Notes: generated by a model not told the origin, from the sequence alone. 63,931 bases of DNA, filler included, from Bonamia ostreae (GCA_040357525.1; 40 parts of 40 records of this genome joined end to end with filler, not necessarily neighbours in it), one strand, 5' to 3'; counted from the first letter of the whole stretch, positions 36,851 through 50,415 are shown. Numbers and translations are program-made.

Positions 36851-38599
36851 TTTAAATTATTGTTTTCGTTNNNNNNNNNNNNNNNNNNNNNNNNNNNNNN
36901 NNNNNNNNNNNNNNTTAATTAATTAANNNNNNNNNNNNNNNNNNNNNNNNNNNNNNNNNNNNNNNNNNNNTTTACAATATCGTTGACGATACAGCGTACT
37001 GATGACATATTCTAACCCTGATCCTCATGGATAAGGCGTCTAGTGTTCCCATCCCTGTTGCCATTGATATTAAACCCATGTAATTTGGCTTACTGTCTGA
37101 CTAGTTGAGGTGAGGTAATTTCCCAACACCGGAATAGCATATCTGAACATGAGTGTTTTGCTGGTGGACAAGAATATCGCCCCTGTATATCCTACACCCT
37201 GGAAAGGGACACTTAAGTTTCCCCATGAGATGAGGCAGTCAGTCTATTCAATCCCTCGAGCTGACTCACTGGCCAGCATATGCTTTTCTAAAAGTTTGTA
37301 TGATATAGGTCTTGGTCTACCATGCCCCTCGTACTTTATCGTCAGTCTTAAGCTAGGGAGAGCTTTTGTCGTAGTTTCCCCTTCCCACACCGGAGTACAG
37401 AGAGGGGTTCTAGAAAGGAACCCATTACGTGGTTCCTACTCTGCCTGGACTCTCTCCTCTCATGTACAGTGTTCTTCCTCAACGAATACAAGTTCATCTT
37501 CCCATTTGAGTTCCCATATTCCCATCCCTTGGACTGTGTACTTCAACCAAATTCTGGACTAGATTCTGCTTCCGCGATTGTGGCAGCAGAAGCCTGCTCC
37601 AACGTGGGCGACTCATAAAACTCCACTACAAACATCCAACAGTTAGCGGAGAGTCCCCATCCGCTAAACGTTTCAAATCCCTCAATTTCCCTTAAATTCT
37701 ATTCCGGCGACTTGTATGCCCTCCCCTGTATATAACTGTATTTCTCTCATCAGAATCCATTTCTTGTTGGGTTTTTTTACTCTTCGACACCTGAAAGATA
37801 AGTATATACACTTTACATTTCAACCTGTTGGGTCAAAGTGGCAGTGTTTCTCTTCCACCTACATGTATCTGCATTGGCAAGTGTGGTGGACATGTAAACT
37901 TGTCAATGCTCTCTGCCATTTCTGGTGAAACATCTACCCATGAACCCAATCAAAGTAACTATCACACTGGATCAATAAATCCCCGTTATACGACTGCGTA
38001 CATATACAGAACGTTTCTGTTTCCGCGCCCCCCTCAGAACATTTATCTACCCTATGGGAGCTGGTTTTGAGAATTCCATTCCTGAGCTGCAGCCCCCATT
38101 CCCAGAGATTCTTGGGTATGTAGTAATTGCCATGGTTTTGTCTCTTAGATTTCCTAGAAGAAATAGGGAGAAGTCACACTGTCCTGGTCTCTCGGACACG
38201 GAATAACTCCATTAGTGGATTTTAAAAGCCGTAGCTTTCATCCAGTGCCTTTGGGACATGAAAATACATTAAAACCTATTATTTTTTTCTGAGTGTCCCA
38301 GCGTCCCCTTGGGTAAAGGTAATACTACCTTTAAAGTTCCCCTGTGGTTTTCCCGTATTTTCCGTTAACTACAGATATGTATGCATATATAGATATAGCT
38401 ATAGATATACATGCAAAGCACTAAGCACGGGTCGTCCCGAAAAATTGACAATATGAATGTTCGTGTCGNNNNNNNNNNNNNNNNNNNNNNNNNNNNNNNN
38501 NNNNNNNNNNNNTTAATTAATTAANNNNNNNNNNNNNNNNNNNNNNNNNNNNNNNNNNNNNNNNNNNNATTGTATTTTCCTTTGAAAAGATCCAAGCGT

Positions 38600-39500
38600 C
38601 AAATTGGGGGACAGGACGCCCCGGCCAATGCGTTTTGCAGCCAATGCAGTTTCAGCCTGCCTGATTCTATCGGCAGCTACAAGATCACCCGACTATATTG
38701 CTTTCAAGTATTGGTAAGCCTTTTCACTAAATTAAACTTTTCCCCATTTTTTCTTAAACTGAAAGGGGAAAACTGGAGAGAACGTTTTAATCGTCACAGA
38801 AAATCTCTGCAGTAGAATAATGCTTTTGGTGTTTTGAGCATTCTTCATCTCCGGGTGTTTAGTCGCATGCTTTGCATTTAGGTCCTCCTTGCATTCGTTG
38901 GGGGGAAATATTGGTGACATCAGGAAATACATTTGTTTTTATTCAGTTTTGGTTGACCAAAATGGTTGATTCTACACAAAAATCCCTAGACATTCGTTTC
39001 GGAACTCGGAACTCGTCCAAAAGATGTTCCACTGCCCATGTCTTTGTTTCTCTAAGGAAAGAACTTTTTGTCAGGTAGAAACACTATCATAATGTATTTA
39101 TCCATTTAGAACCAATGATGTTCTTCCAGTAATCAGGTTACGGATCCTTTCTAATTTGATCCCATATGCCCAACTTTTTCAAAATATTTTATTTTTTTCC
39201 CTCAAATGAAGGAAAGCCAGACACCTTGTCTTTCAGAACTTTATCAGCTCTTTGAGGAGGTTCTGCCAAATAAGGATTTTTGCAATAGAGGTAGAAATTT
39301 TATATGGTTAACTCAGTGGCTTGTAGCACTAGTTATTCACTGACTAAGATGCGCCATAAGGTTCGGTTTGATTGGATACATCGAATATTGTCAATAGAAA
39401 CTTCTGGCACCATTGCGTCATATTCGGATATTCTTAAAGTTGTTTTAGACTGAATGTCTCTGTTTTTAATATAGACAGAGTCTGATGGACCACCCATTCT
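38600..39500 (-). pseudogene. Degenerate L1/Tx1-like ORF1 (gag-knuckle) remnant, host
   Basis: Fragments LYCKNPY, LERIRNLITG..NG and PKCKAC..PGDEEC interrupted by stops and frameshifts. Confidence 0.35.
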
Positions 39501-40166
39501 TGAAAAAACGAAACAATATACAAAATGTAACGAGTTATCAAACAGGTAATCAGAGGCACAGGAAAAGCACTAGCACATGTAAGTATATTGAGTTGGTAGT
39601 GTACACAAACTCACCAAAGGATATATACACAAATCCAAAGAAATGAAATACAGAGATTATATACTATTTGTACCCAAGTATCAGTTAAAGTAACAACCAG
39701 TTCCTCAAATTAACACCAATAGTGTGGAATACAGAGTCAGGACGTAACTTGACCTCTCCATCTCTCTCTTTTGATCATTCATATGAACGTTTTTACCTTT
39801 AAAGGAATTAAATTAGTGTTTTCCGCAACATCGAATTCAAGGTTTGTGAATTTTATTATCATGAAGCCTTTTATATCCCTCTTTACTTTGTATCTCATTC
39901 AACTTTTTTCATAGATGCACATAATTCAAATGATCTTTTTGGATGGGATATAGAATGATCGTTTGTTCCACATAACTGTAAAACTATCTTGTATATGCTA
40001 GCGTACCCAATCAATCAAAACACCAGTTGAAACTGAGGCTACCAAGCGAAAACTGATATTTCCAAGNNNNNNNNNNNNNNNNNNNNNNNNNNNNNNNNNN
40101 NNNNNNNNNNTTAATTAATTAANNNNNNNNNNNNNNNNNNNNNNNNNNNNNNNNNNNNNNNNNNNN

Positions 40167-41024
40167 TCCAAAGTTCTTTCTTTTATCGACGATTCAACAA
40201 AAACTCGCGTGTTAATGGAGGAAGCAATATTTTTCTAGCGCCTTTCACAGAAAATAAAACAACTGGACAGATTAATTTTTTCTTCGAGGTCTTTTTGTTT
40301 ATAACAAACTAAGAAGAACAGACAAATGAGAAAAGTGAAAAAAAACAGACAAATGAGAAAAACGAAAAAAGCATTCGAAAAAATTAAAGATTTGAAATTA
40401 ATGGACATGAAATTAAAGACTTCGTTAACTGAAATTTTTACGAGCTCTCTTTGTCACTAAATTTGTTAATAAAAATTTTCATTTGCAATAAGAAATTCAA
40501 AAAAGCTAAACTTTTATTAGATTCTACAAATAAAAGAACGAAAAACTTTAGACTCGACAAGCTTTAAAAATGGCGTTGCGTCATCAAAACCGTTATGGAT
40601 ACAAGGGAATAGATTTGAAAGTTTTGGCCAAAGATTTGGTCGATTTTGGAATATTTGGCAGTTTCGAACGCTCTTTTGAAAACTGCCAAATCGCCTCTTA
40701 TTTTTGCGAAAAAATTTGCTCGAAAATATCCAAAACTTCTTTTGAAGTCATTTTATAAAATTTTGTCGATAGCACAAAATGGAAAAATTAACATTTTCCA
40801 AATTTAAATCAACGAAAAAAGGTCTATTCGAATCGAAAAATAGACCAAATAAGAATAAACGAAATCGTAAAAGGAAAACCAGGAAACCCGCAGCAATGTA
40901 CTTGCAGATTTGGCAAAATTTTGAAGAACTTGTGCACACACAAATTAGCCACTTATCTCAAAACCGGAACGAGTTTGAGAAAATTGCCGGAAAATTATTT
41001 TGGCGGCAATTTTTACGAAAATAG
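40167..41024 (+). CDS. Multi-exon hypothetical protist protein, 3' part (5' exons not fully resolved)
   Basis: ORFs at 40570 and 40779 join in frame through the 26-nt intron GTCATTTTATAAAATTTTGTCGATAG. Confidence 0.5.
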
Positions 41025-41392
41025 TTTTGAGACTAAAAACGCAAATTTTAGAAATTCTTTTTTTAGACAACAGCAAAATATCAAAAAAGGTCGACCGAAT
41101 TTTAATACAAAACAGTTCATTTTAAAAGCTTTAGGAAAAATAAACAAGTCAAAATAAACCAAAAACGGACAAATTTGAATTCGAAAAACAGAAAAAACAA
41201 CTTTAAGGACGACCAAAATTTAGTCAAATGTCATTTCGAGGAAAAAAATCGTTTTTTAAATATCAGATTTTTAGAAAAAGGCAAATTTGAAAGTTTTGAC
41301 AAGTTTATTGAAAATAACAGAAAAGAAACTAATTTTCGTTTAAATGGTAAAAGTTTTCTAAAACTTAAAAAATTTATAAAAATGAAGAAAAT

Positions 41393-41663
41393 TTAGCAAA
41401 AAATGATCAAAAAATTAAAAATCTGGACAAAAATAATCAAAATTTGGCCAAAAATAACCAAAAAAATAAAAAAAATCTGGACAAAAGCAATCAAAATTTG
41501 AACAAAAATAATCGAAATTTGGCCAAAAAAGAAGAAATTATAAAAATGACCAAAAATAATCAAAATTTGGTCGAAAAAGAAGAAATTATAAAAATGACCA
41601 AAAATAATCAAAATTTGGTCAAAAATGAAGAGATTATAAAAGTGACCAAAAATAATCAAAATT
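41393..41663. repeat. A-rich minisatellite, 48 bp unit
   Basis: gaagaRattataaaaRtgaccaaaaataatcaaaattt-like unit at 41531, 41579 and 41627. Confidence 0.88.
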
Positions 41664-41763
41664 NNNNNNNNNNNNNNNNNNNNNNNNNNNNNNNNNNNNN
41701 NNNNNNNTTAATTAATTAANNNNNNNNNNNNNNNNNNNNNNNNNNNNNNNNNNNNNNNNNNNN

Positions 41764-43259
41764 TTATAAAGAAAAACCTCAATCCTTACTGGAAACCATT
41801 CAAAGTTTCATCCCTCGATCTTTGCGACAACAATTACAATGAAGACATTCGATTGAGAGTTTGGGACTACGACAAAATAGGGAAAAACGATCTCATTGTT
41901 TTTTACAAAAAATTAAAATTTCACTATTCAAAGGGAGAAGCCTACTTAAAAGTAAACGATCTTAAAACATCCGCAACGTTTGATCTGAAAATCCATGGAA
42001 AGTCGAAAAGCCAAGGCAAAGTCGAAATTGGCACTTTCAAAAAAACGAAAATGTACTGCTTCGACGATTACTTAAAAGGTGGACTTTGCTTTACGACCAT
42101 TATCGCGATCGATTTTTCTGAGCAAAATAAACCCATTCGCAGTCCCGACTCCTTGCATTATTTGGGTGGCGCCAATGAGTACGAAAGCGCCTTCAGAGCG
42201 TGTGCGCAAACTATTGCGAATATCGATTCTGATCAGAAAATTCCAGTTTGGGGATTTGTTTTTACATTTTTCTTAAATTTGTTTAATTGCAATAAATCGT
42301 TTAATTTTGAATTTTTTATTTTTGATATAATTTGAATAAGTTCAAAAAAATGATTCATCAATTTTTTTGATTTAATAAATTTGATCAATTTCGATTAATT
42401 CGTTTCACTTCGAATAAAGAGCGCGCGATTAAATGGACAATTGTCTAGATGCTTCTCTTTGACGTTCAACCCTTCAATGCCAAAGGTACTTTACTTAAAA
42501 ACGCTTTTGCTAAAAGGTGAACGGAGTACAAGAAGTGATCGATTGCTACCGAAACGCCTTAAACTGCGTCTCTCTAGGAAGTCCCAAAGAACTTTTGGAA
42601 GTCTTGAACACGGTCAAAATGTTGGTGGAGCAGAAGTTGGTGATGGGCGTCAACGAGTACTTCGTTCTGTTTATTTTCGTTTCCCCCGGCGATATCGCAG
42701 ACATCGCTAAAGTGAAAGACATGATCGTCGAACTGAGCGATATGCCACTGTCGGTTATTTTTGTGGGGATTGGCGCGGGCGATTTTTCCAAACTTTCGTT
42801 TTTGGACGATGGTTGGCGTCGCTTTAGAAGTTCGGTCGGCAAAAAATGTCTCGTTTTCATTTTCATTTGAAAAGAGGGACAGTGTGGATCTGATACGTTA
42901 CAGAAGTTTGTTCTCAAGATCGCAGAACAATCAAATCGAGGCGATTATGCAAGGAGAAATTTATAAAACAATCGTTTTAAACTGTTAAAATAAGACAGAA
43001 CAAAGCTTGGAATACTTCAAAATGAAAAAAATGGTTCCCGGGGTTTAATTAAGATTTGCCATTTTTCGTCATTAATTATTTTGATTCATTTTGATTTTTC
43101 GCAAAGCAAACTTCTGTAGCTGGAGTTGGATTTGGTTCTTCGGCGCCAATGTTTAACAGAAGCGTGAACACCAATATGGGATTGGGCAACATCAATCCGA
43201 TGATGGGACAGCAGCAAAATCAAATGATGAATCGACCTGCAATGAATCCGATGGCGGGA
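41764..43259 (+). CDS. Copine (C2B and vWA domains) with an M/N/Q/G-rich tail
   Basis: KKNLNPYWKPF, VWDYDKIGKNDLIG, AIDF..SPDSLHY..NEY, DSDQKIPVWGF and MPLSVIFVGIG motifs. Introns of 36, 31, 22 and 21 nt plus two longer ones. Confidence 0.93.
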
Positions 43260-43643
43260 NNNNNNNNNNNNNNNNNNNNNNNNNNNNNNNNNNNNNNNNN
43301 NNNTTAATTAATTAANNNNNNNNNNNNNNNNNNNNNNNNNNNNNNNNNNNNNNNNNNNNTTTTCCCGTCATATGTTGTAAATATTTGTTATCACTAGGTC
43401 AGCAGGGATACACAAAAACACCCAGATAACCTTGATTTGGAACACACCACACGGGTACACATGCACCTCAACACGAGATCGAATTTTATGGCTGTGACAG
43501 ATATATGATACATTCAATATATATTTGTGTTTGTTTTATACTGAAGAGCTTTCTCTCTACCATACCATCATAAATACTAAGATAGTGCTACGGTATATTC
43601 AGATTTAAAATAATTTCTATTTCATTTTACTGGGAAACTAATA

Positions 43644-44001
43644 TACTGTAGATCGAGTAATTTTTGCAGCGAGAATATTTAGCAATTTTTTTTTAAAAAT
43701 GTTGTTCGAAATCTTACTGCTTTATTTGTTGACTTTTATTTCATTCAACAAGAGTATCATTATAATCAGAAATAGAAATTTTGACTTTTTCATATGATGA
43801 ATTTTCCTCTTCCTCCAAAAACCACCAACATTTACAGCGTGTCAAAATTACTCTATATATGGTATCAATAACTCAATATACGGTATCAATAACTCAGTAT
43901 ATGGTATCAATGAAGACTTTGATGATTTTACCCTTGGCGAATTTTCCTTATCCACCGAAAAGTCAACATTTCCAGCGCTCTAAAATAACTTGATATACTG
44001 T
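43644..44001. mobile_element. Degenerate MITE-like element, host
   Basis: 5' tactgtagatcgagtaatttt and 3' aaaataacttgatatactgt form imperfect terminal inverted repeats. Internal ~21 bp repeat x3 near 43850-43910. Confidence 0.45.
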
Positions 44002-46548
44002 TTCTTTACTTTCCTTCTTTTGTTGGAAGGTAAGTTGTTCGCGTGGTTTGATGGAAACAGGATTGAAAGGAATATATGTATGATATAGTTTCAATGAACT
44101 GTTTTAATGGGTATTTATCAAAATCGTTTAATAGTGCCTAACATTATCTGTTAATGCATAGTTTCAGTGTAATTGCAGTTTGTGATTAAAATGCATATAA
44201 TATGCGATTGATGATTCTGAAAAAACAAAGGTACACTAAATGAAATCATCACTTGTCAACCAAAGCCGCATCCTATCGATAATGATTTGCACCTTCATTA
44301 ACATTAATTCTAACACACGCGATACACAAGTGTTTCATAAAAGCTACATACAGTATCATATAATACTAAGATACATTATACATCACTATAAAACCCAATT
44401 TTGCAAATCAGTTTGTTTCAATGCGTTTAGACTTGGTAACCATTCAATACTTTCCACCATTTATTACACAGCAAAACACGGGCGCTTGCTGTGAATGACA
44501 CACAAAAGTACCCACAAGAACCGTTGTTCCCTGTCTTTCACATCTCAGTGTTTAATTTGCAATTTACATTACTTGTATATTTGATTCATTACTCATTTAT
44601 TTGGAATATTGAATGAAAAGTAACATTTCATTCTGTCGTATTTATCGTTCTTTCAAACAGTTTTGTGACGTATCGTATGTATTTACAGCCCATGGTTTTA
44701 AAAGATAAATTCAAGTTTCCAAATATTCCATTATTTTGTCAAGGGGAATCCAATATCTACAAAATAATGAACTTTGTAAAATAATGGACGAACTGCAATA
44801 CAGAAATAAGAACTATTTTGAAATAAAGTTTAAGGTGGCTCAATATAATATACCNNNNNNNNNNNNNNNNNNNNNNNNNNNNNNNNNNNNNNNNNNNNTT
44901 AATTAATTAANNNNNNNNNNNNNNNNNNNNNNNNNNNNNNNNNNNNNNNNNNNNATAAGTTTTACATATAACATGTGTAAAAATGAATAGACATTTATTC
45001 GTGTTGTTATTATTATCACGCACATATGTTAAGACAGGTCATACTCCATTTATGAATGTGAATTGCAGTCAAATAAGGAAGGTATTAACTTAACCTTGCA
45101 AAGCTATGTGTGTGCTGATAACATGGTGACAAATAGATCAAGTATGTGCCTTAAAAGGGAAAAAACATATCACTATCCCCATGGTTTATATGTTCTAACA
45201 GGTGATAATAACAATAGAACATTCATAGTTTATCAAAAGGGTTCCTAGACCCCTATCGTTTTCGGTTCAAAATATATATTTAACATCTCAACACGACACC
45301 TTTTTTTTTTTGCTTTGCTGGTATTTTAGAGTTTTTATGCAACTTAACAATTATAGTGTACGGCAAATGAATTTCGAACGGACATACTAAATGGAATTTC
45401 TTTTCCGCTTATCAAAATTGTCAGGGTATGAAATCAATATACCTTCATGATATCTATGAGTCCTCAATTTCCATAGCATATATAACTGCTACATTAGCTA
45501 CTCCATATTTTATCTTTATTCTTATTTATATTTACAGTTAATAAATTATTTACATGTGTTATCGTCACTAGATTCATATTAAAGTCATTAGTTTACCTCG
45601 TAAAGACAAATTACAGTTAGATCAAATTTACAAGAAAGAAATCAGAATTATATATATATTCTTGACCTGCCGTCACGTACCCATGTACCATTATTATCTT
45701 TTAAGGTAACCCCACACTCATCTTTCGTTATAGGGGTTTTCAAAATCTTTAATTGATTAAACTATATGCAAACTAGAAATATGTCTTTTTATGAATTGTA
45801 ATCAAGTAATTGATACTGGAAAGAATTTTCTTTTAAATGACATGGATTACAATGTTATTATTTTCTTTGTTGTATGTCTATCATATAATATTTCCCCCTC
45901 ATATCCATATATTATTTGCCTGTATATTGAAGGTAATTTTTTTTTTTTTTTTTTTTTTAATTAATATTTTGCTATTCTAAGCAGATTTTCATTAAAAAAA
46001 TGATATGTTATTTAACTATTTTGCGCTTACATGTATTTCTGTTGATGTATGTATGGCATTTTCAAGAAGGTGGTGACCCATTAATAGGAACTTAAAACGT
46101 CTTCTTATACTATGAACCCATGATAGTGTGATAATGAATGTGCCTTAGGTTGCAACATTTTTCTTTTATAGTTTCCAATATATTAACATAGAATTTGCGA
46201 AAGAACTTCAAACAATTTATACCAATGGTGATTATATGGCATTGAATCAAAGTACTGAAAGTAATGATGGAGGTTGAACATTCAGTATGCAAAGTACATT
46301 ACAGCTTCGATGTAGAGATGCTTTCATGTGATAAACAATCTATTTGTATTTCGATGTTTGTGACAAATCAAGACAATTCTTATGCAATGTCTATATCATC
46401 ATTTTTAATAAAACAATGATATTTTAATCTAAACTATCTTCCTTTTATNNNNNNNNNNNNNNNNNNNNNNNNNNNNNNNNNNNNNNNNNNNNTTAATTAA
46501 TTAANNNNNNNNNNNNNNNNNNNNNNNNNNNNNNNNNNNNNNNNNNNN

Positions 46549-46681
46549 TAGTTGACTCTGTACAAGTTTGAGATTTAGATTCACACTTCAAAACTTTTTT
46601 TCTTTCTTCAAGCGCTGTTTGGTCCATCGGACATGTCATTGTATACCTCATAGTTGTTATGGATTCCTTACACGGGCTTCT
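46549..46681 (-). CDS. Exon of a Cys-rich bivalve-type uncharacterised protein
   Basis: After a tttcatag acceptor: RSPCKESITTMRYTMTCPMDQTALEERKKVLKCESKSQTCTE. Confidence 0.45.
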
Positions 46682-48140
46682 CTATGAAATGAAAATACAA
46701 CTCAAAATGATGTAACTCCTATATTCAAAAATGTCTCTGTAATAAATTAAATCTAATAGATAGATTAAACTAATGGCAAAACGGAATGTACTGATACACA
46801 AATGTATGTTACAAAACATCAGCTTGAAAACATGAAAATACACATTTTAATAATTGTTGTTTGGTATCTTGATATTCATATAACTGCAAAAGGGAAAGCC
46901 AATGCAGTGAAAATATTCATGGAATCCAAAATAAAAATTTGAAATTAGGATATTATTGAAGAATAAATCTAATGTGAGATATATGTACATATGTTTACAT
47001 AATACCATTTCTACAGACAAAAATGCTACTTCTAGTAACATTGGAATGGCCCCGAACACATCATTATTCTAATAACTGAACAACGTATATAAATACATGC
47101 AATATCTAAATGTAAATTCCCATATTAATAAGTACAAAACAAATATGTAATAATCAGAATAGATACGAATTATTTGCTTTCAATTGTAATCCATTTTTCC
47201 TCATTCCTTAAAAACCTTTACATACATTAGAACCTAATATAAGTTTTCTGTACCCAAGTTGTCCATGAATTTTAATTTACAGGTATGATATATAAATGAC
47301 CCTTAAAAACAATAGATTTTTCATTTCCATGGGATTGTTGTAGATATTAATTGTACAGCGATAAACCTCTGCTATTTTTGAAATTCATTAAGTGATAAAA
47401 TTCATGTTTTCTATATGTTGTTATGGCAACAATTACGCCCAAAAATGGAGTGTTTGTAATTTTTAAAAAATCATTCTGATACTAGCTCAGATAGACAAAA
47501 TAACATATCGTATTACTTGGAGGAAGTATATGCCCTAAGATAGCTGAAATCATTGATTTTCTTAAGAATGTGTGAATCCGTTACTAAAGGAAAATATTTC
47601 CTTGGACATCAGACCAGTAATACATAAAAAACAACTTTTAATTTTGTTCTTGCAGTAAGTGAGATACAACAATTACATATAAATAGTTCTCGGAAAAGCC
47701 TTTTCCATATTTTCCACTTTCTATGAAATGCCCGATGCTTCTTTTAACCAACTCTTATCTCACACCAACATCTCCTTGGTTGGTTCGGTTAAAACTACAC
47801 TGGTGTTTAACAGTATTATGATCTAATCTTATCTAATTTGAACTAAAATGGTAGCTGCGCTGATGCATCATACATTATATTAGATATTACTGCATATATT
47901 TAAAATGCGTCAACTAATTGTACAGTAGATTGTCTCTCCATATTATCACTTGATTTACGTAAACATTACACTACATGTACATGAGAATATTAAATTGAAT
48001 AATATCTGCTACTCACATTTCCTCTCTTTGTTCTTGTTGTNNNNNNNNNNNNNNNNNNNNNNNNNNNNNNNNNNNNNNNNNNNNTTAATTAATTAANNNN
48101 NNNNNNNNNNNNNNNNNNNNNNNNNNNNNNNNNNNNNNNN

Positions 48141-48284
48141 ATTGTTGATATCTTTTTCATTGTTTTCAATATTGATATCATCGATGCTTTCTTTGCCATT
48201 GTTGACATTTTTATTAATTTCGTTATTTAAAATGCGATTATGATTCTTATCGGTTTTTTTATTGTTATTAACTTTTGTGTCCAT
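48141..48284 (-). CDS. 5' end of an Asn/Lys-rich hypothetical protein
   Basis: ATG ORF running off the contig, downstream of PSMA5. Confidence 0.45.
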
Positions 48285-48572
48285 TGTAAAAAATTGTGTT
48301 GGGAATTGTAAAATTTTGTGGCCTAAATTTAATAATTATTTTTGTTACAGACTTTTATGTAAGTTAAAAATTAAAATCACTTACACAATTGTGAAGCAAT
48401 AACAACGCTTTTGTTATTCAAAAAATTATTTGCCAAAATTATTTTCATCATTTAGATTTATAATAAGAAGAATAGACGCAAAGAAAGCAGAATTATAAAG
48501 GATGCCAAAGAAGATTATTCAAATTATTTTTGTACAAAACTTACTTCAAAAAATAAAAATACAGCACATTCT

Positions 48573-49569
48573 TTATGATTTTGATCCCACCAAAATATCA
48601 TCACTGAGATTTCCGATTATCTCTAATTTTTCTTCATTCCCAACAAACTCAAATTTTTCTGAACCGAGTTTGACTACAGCCAATTCAACGTTTTCGGGAT
48701 TAATTTTTTCTTCCATCGTGTTTTTGAGAATTTGAAGTGCTAATTTCTTAGCTGATTCCAGGCTCATTGTTACTGCGTAGTGCTCCTCTAAAACATTTTG
48801 GACGTTTTCACAACCAGATCCGATGGCTTTCGCAGAGCAACGCGTAAAAGTGCCCGCTGGATCGGTGTGATAAAGACACGGCCCTTCTTTATCGTCTATT
48901 CCAGCTATTAAAAGGGCCACTCCAAATGGGCGCGACTGTTTTTATATTTTGTTTATTTTAAAGACATTAAAAACGCCACTGATAATTTACAACGACTATA
49001 AGCCCAAAAATTATTGTAAATATTAAAATTACGCAACTGAAGCCATTAATAAAGTTTAGATTAACTCAATATAATTTTTTTATAAAGCTCCAATTGATAA
49101 ATCCGAAATGGTATTAAAACCATTTCTCTTCCTTTTTCACCAAAACCAAGAGCCAGATCACTGACGGATTGGGCACATGCTTCGACGCCCATTCTTTCGT
49201 TGTAATGGAAAAAGTGGTTTTGACAAGCAGTTCTCGCTTCATCGATCAAAAGTTGAGAATCTGCTGTTATTCCACTGAAAGCAGTGCACATGTCTTATAA
49301 TTGGGAATGTTTGGAAATTTAATATTCAAACGATGGTCGATTTCGAAAATCTTTCGAATGCTTTCCGGAACTACGAGAGGGGACATTAGACGCTTTTCGG
49401 CTGCTAAAACAACGCCTTCATTTGTTTGAAGACCGATCGCAGTCGTTCCGAGCTTTAGATTTAAATTTCAAACTTTGATGGATTCCGAGGCATATTCGAC
49501 TTGGAAAAGACGGCCTTCGGGGCTAAATGTGTTTACGCCTCTGTCGTAATCGCTTCTTGTCAGAAACAT
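48573..49569 (-). CDS. PSMA5: 20S proteasome subunit alpha-5, complete, 250 aa
   Basis: [27 protein letters not shown]..., [10 protein letters not shown] and [13 protein letters not shown]. Introns 49453-49473 (21 nt), 49294-49331 (38 nt) and 48936-49120 (185 nt). Confidence 0.97.
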
Positions 49570-49732
49570 TTTTAAAATTTAGTGTTAGAAAAATTTTAGC
49601 AACTTCAATAAATCTTAACTAGAAATAGTTAANNNNNNNNNNNNNNNNNNNNNNNNNNNNNNNNNNNNNNNNNNNNTTAATTAATTAANNNNNNNNNNNN
49701 NNNNNNNNNNNNNNNNNNNNNNNNNNNNNNNN

Positions 49733-49960
49733 TTTGTTATAAAATTTTGTTTTTTAATTATTTTTTGTTTTGAAAATTTTTAATTTTTTCGTTTTTAATT
49801 ATTATTTTTTGTTATAAAAATTTGTTTTTAATTTTTTTGTTGTTTTTTATTTATTTTTTGTTTTGAAAATTTTTAATTTTTTCGTTTTAAATTATTTTTT
49901 CTGTTTTAAATTATTTTTTTCTGTTTTAAAATTTTGTTTTTTAATTATTTCGTTTTTAAT
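49733..49960. repeat. Degenerate AT-rich intronic tandem repeat
   Basis: Repeated ttttgttttgaaaatttttaattttttcgttt blocks downstream of a minus-strand GTTAAC donor. Confidence 0.7.
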
Positions 49961-49975
49961 TATTTTTCCGTTAAC

Positions 49976-50365
49976 CACTAAATAAGAATATTTTAATTCT
50001 CCCATTTCCGCCGATTCTTCTAACAAATCGACGCTCTTTTCGTACATCTTCTTTTTGTCCGTTTTGTCTTTCGAAGAATTTATTACATCTTCTGCCACAG
50101 CTTTTGGCAAACTCGCCCTTATAATCATTACTTAAAACACTTGGCTCTTCGCAACAACCGACAAAATCCCCAAAACACAGAAAGTGGCTACAGAAAAGCC
50201 CATTGTTATCAAAGCCAAATTAGAAATTTTATATTTGTCAGCAAAACGCGGTCTAAATTTATCAAAACATGAGCTTTTCAGATTTATCGGATTTTTAAGA
50301 GCTTTAAATCTTTTGGTTATATGGAAAAGCTGTTTGTTCGACATTAAAATTCGTTTGGAAATCAT
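49976..50365 (-). CDS. Probable mitochondrial single-TM protein with the start of a Sel1-like repeat, 5' part
   Basis: Basic, acid-poor presequence-like N-terminus, a TM segment, 21-nt intron 50118-50138, then YEKSVDLLEESAEMGELKYSYLV. Confidence 0.55.
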
Positions 50366-50415
50366 TTTGAATATCGCTAAATTTTAGTTATTTACAGCGA
50401 AACGTTAAAATAAAA

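Noticed and set aside
37030-38400. GC-richer host region with a CPFPGC...H...H fragment on the minus strand
   Set aside because: Many stops and no assignable domain. Probably a decayed element, but not supportable.
49453-49473. In-frame TGA/TAA inside conserved genes suggesting an alternative genetic code
   Set aside because: Each falls in a GT..AG segment whose removal restores the conserved protein. TAA, TAG and TGA all end genes normally.
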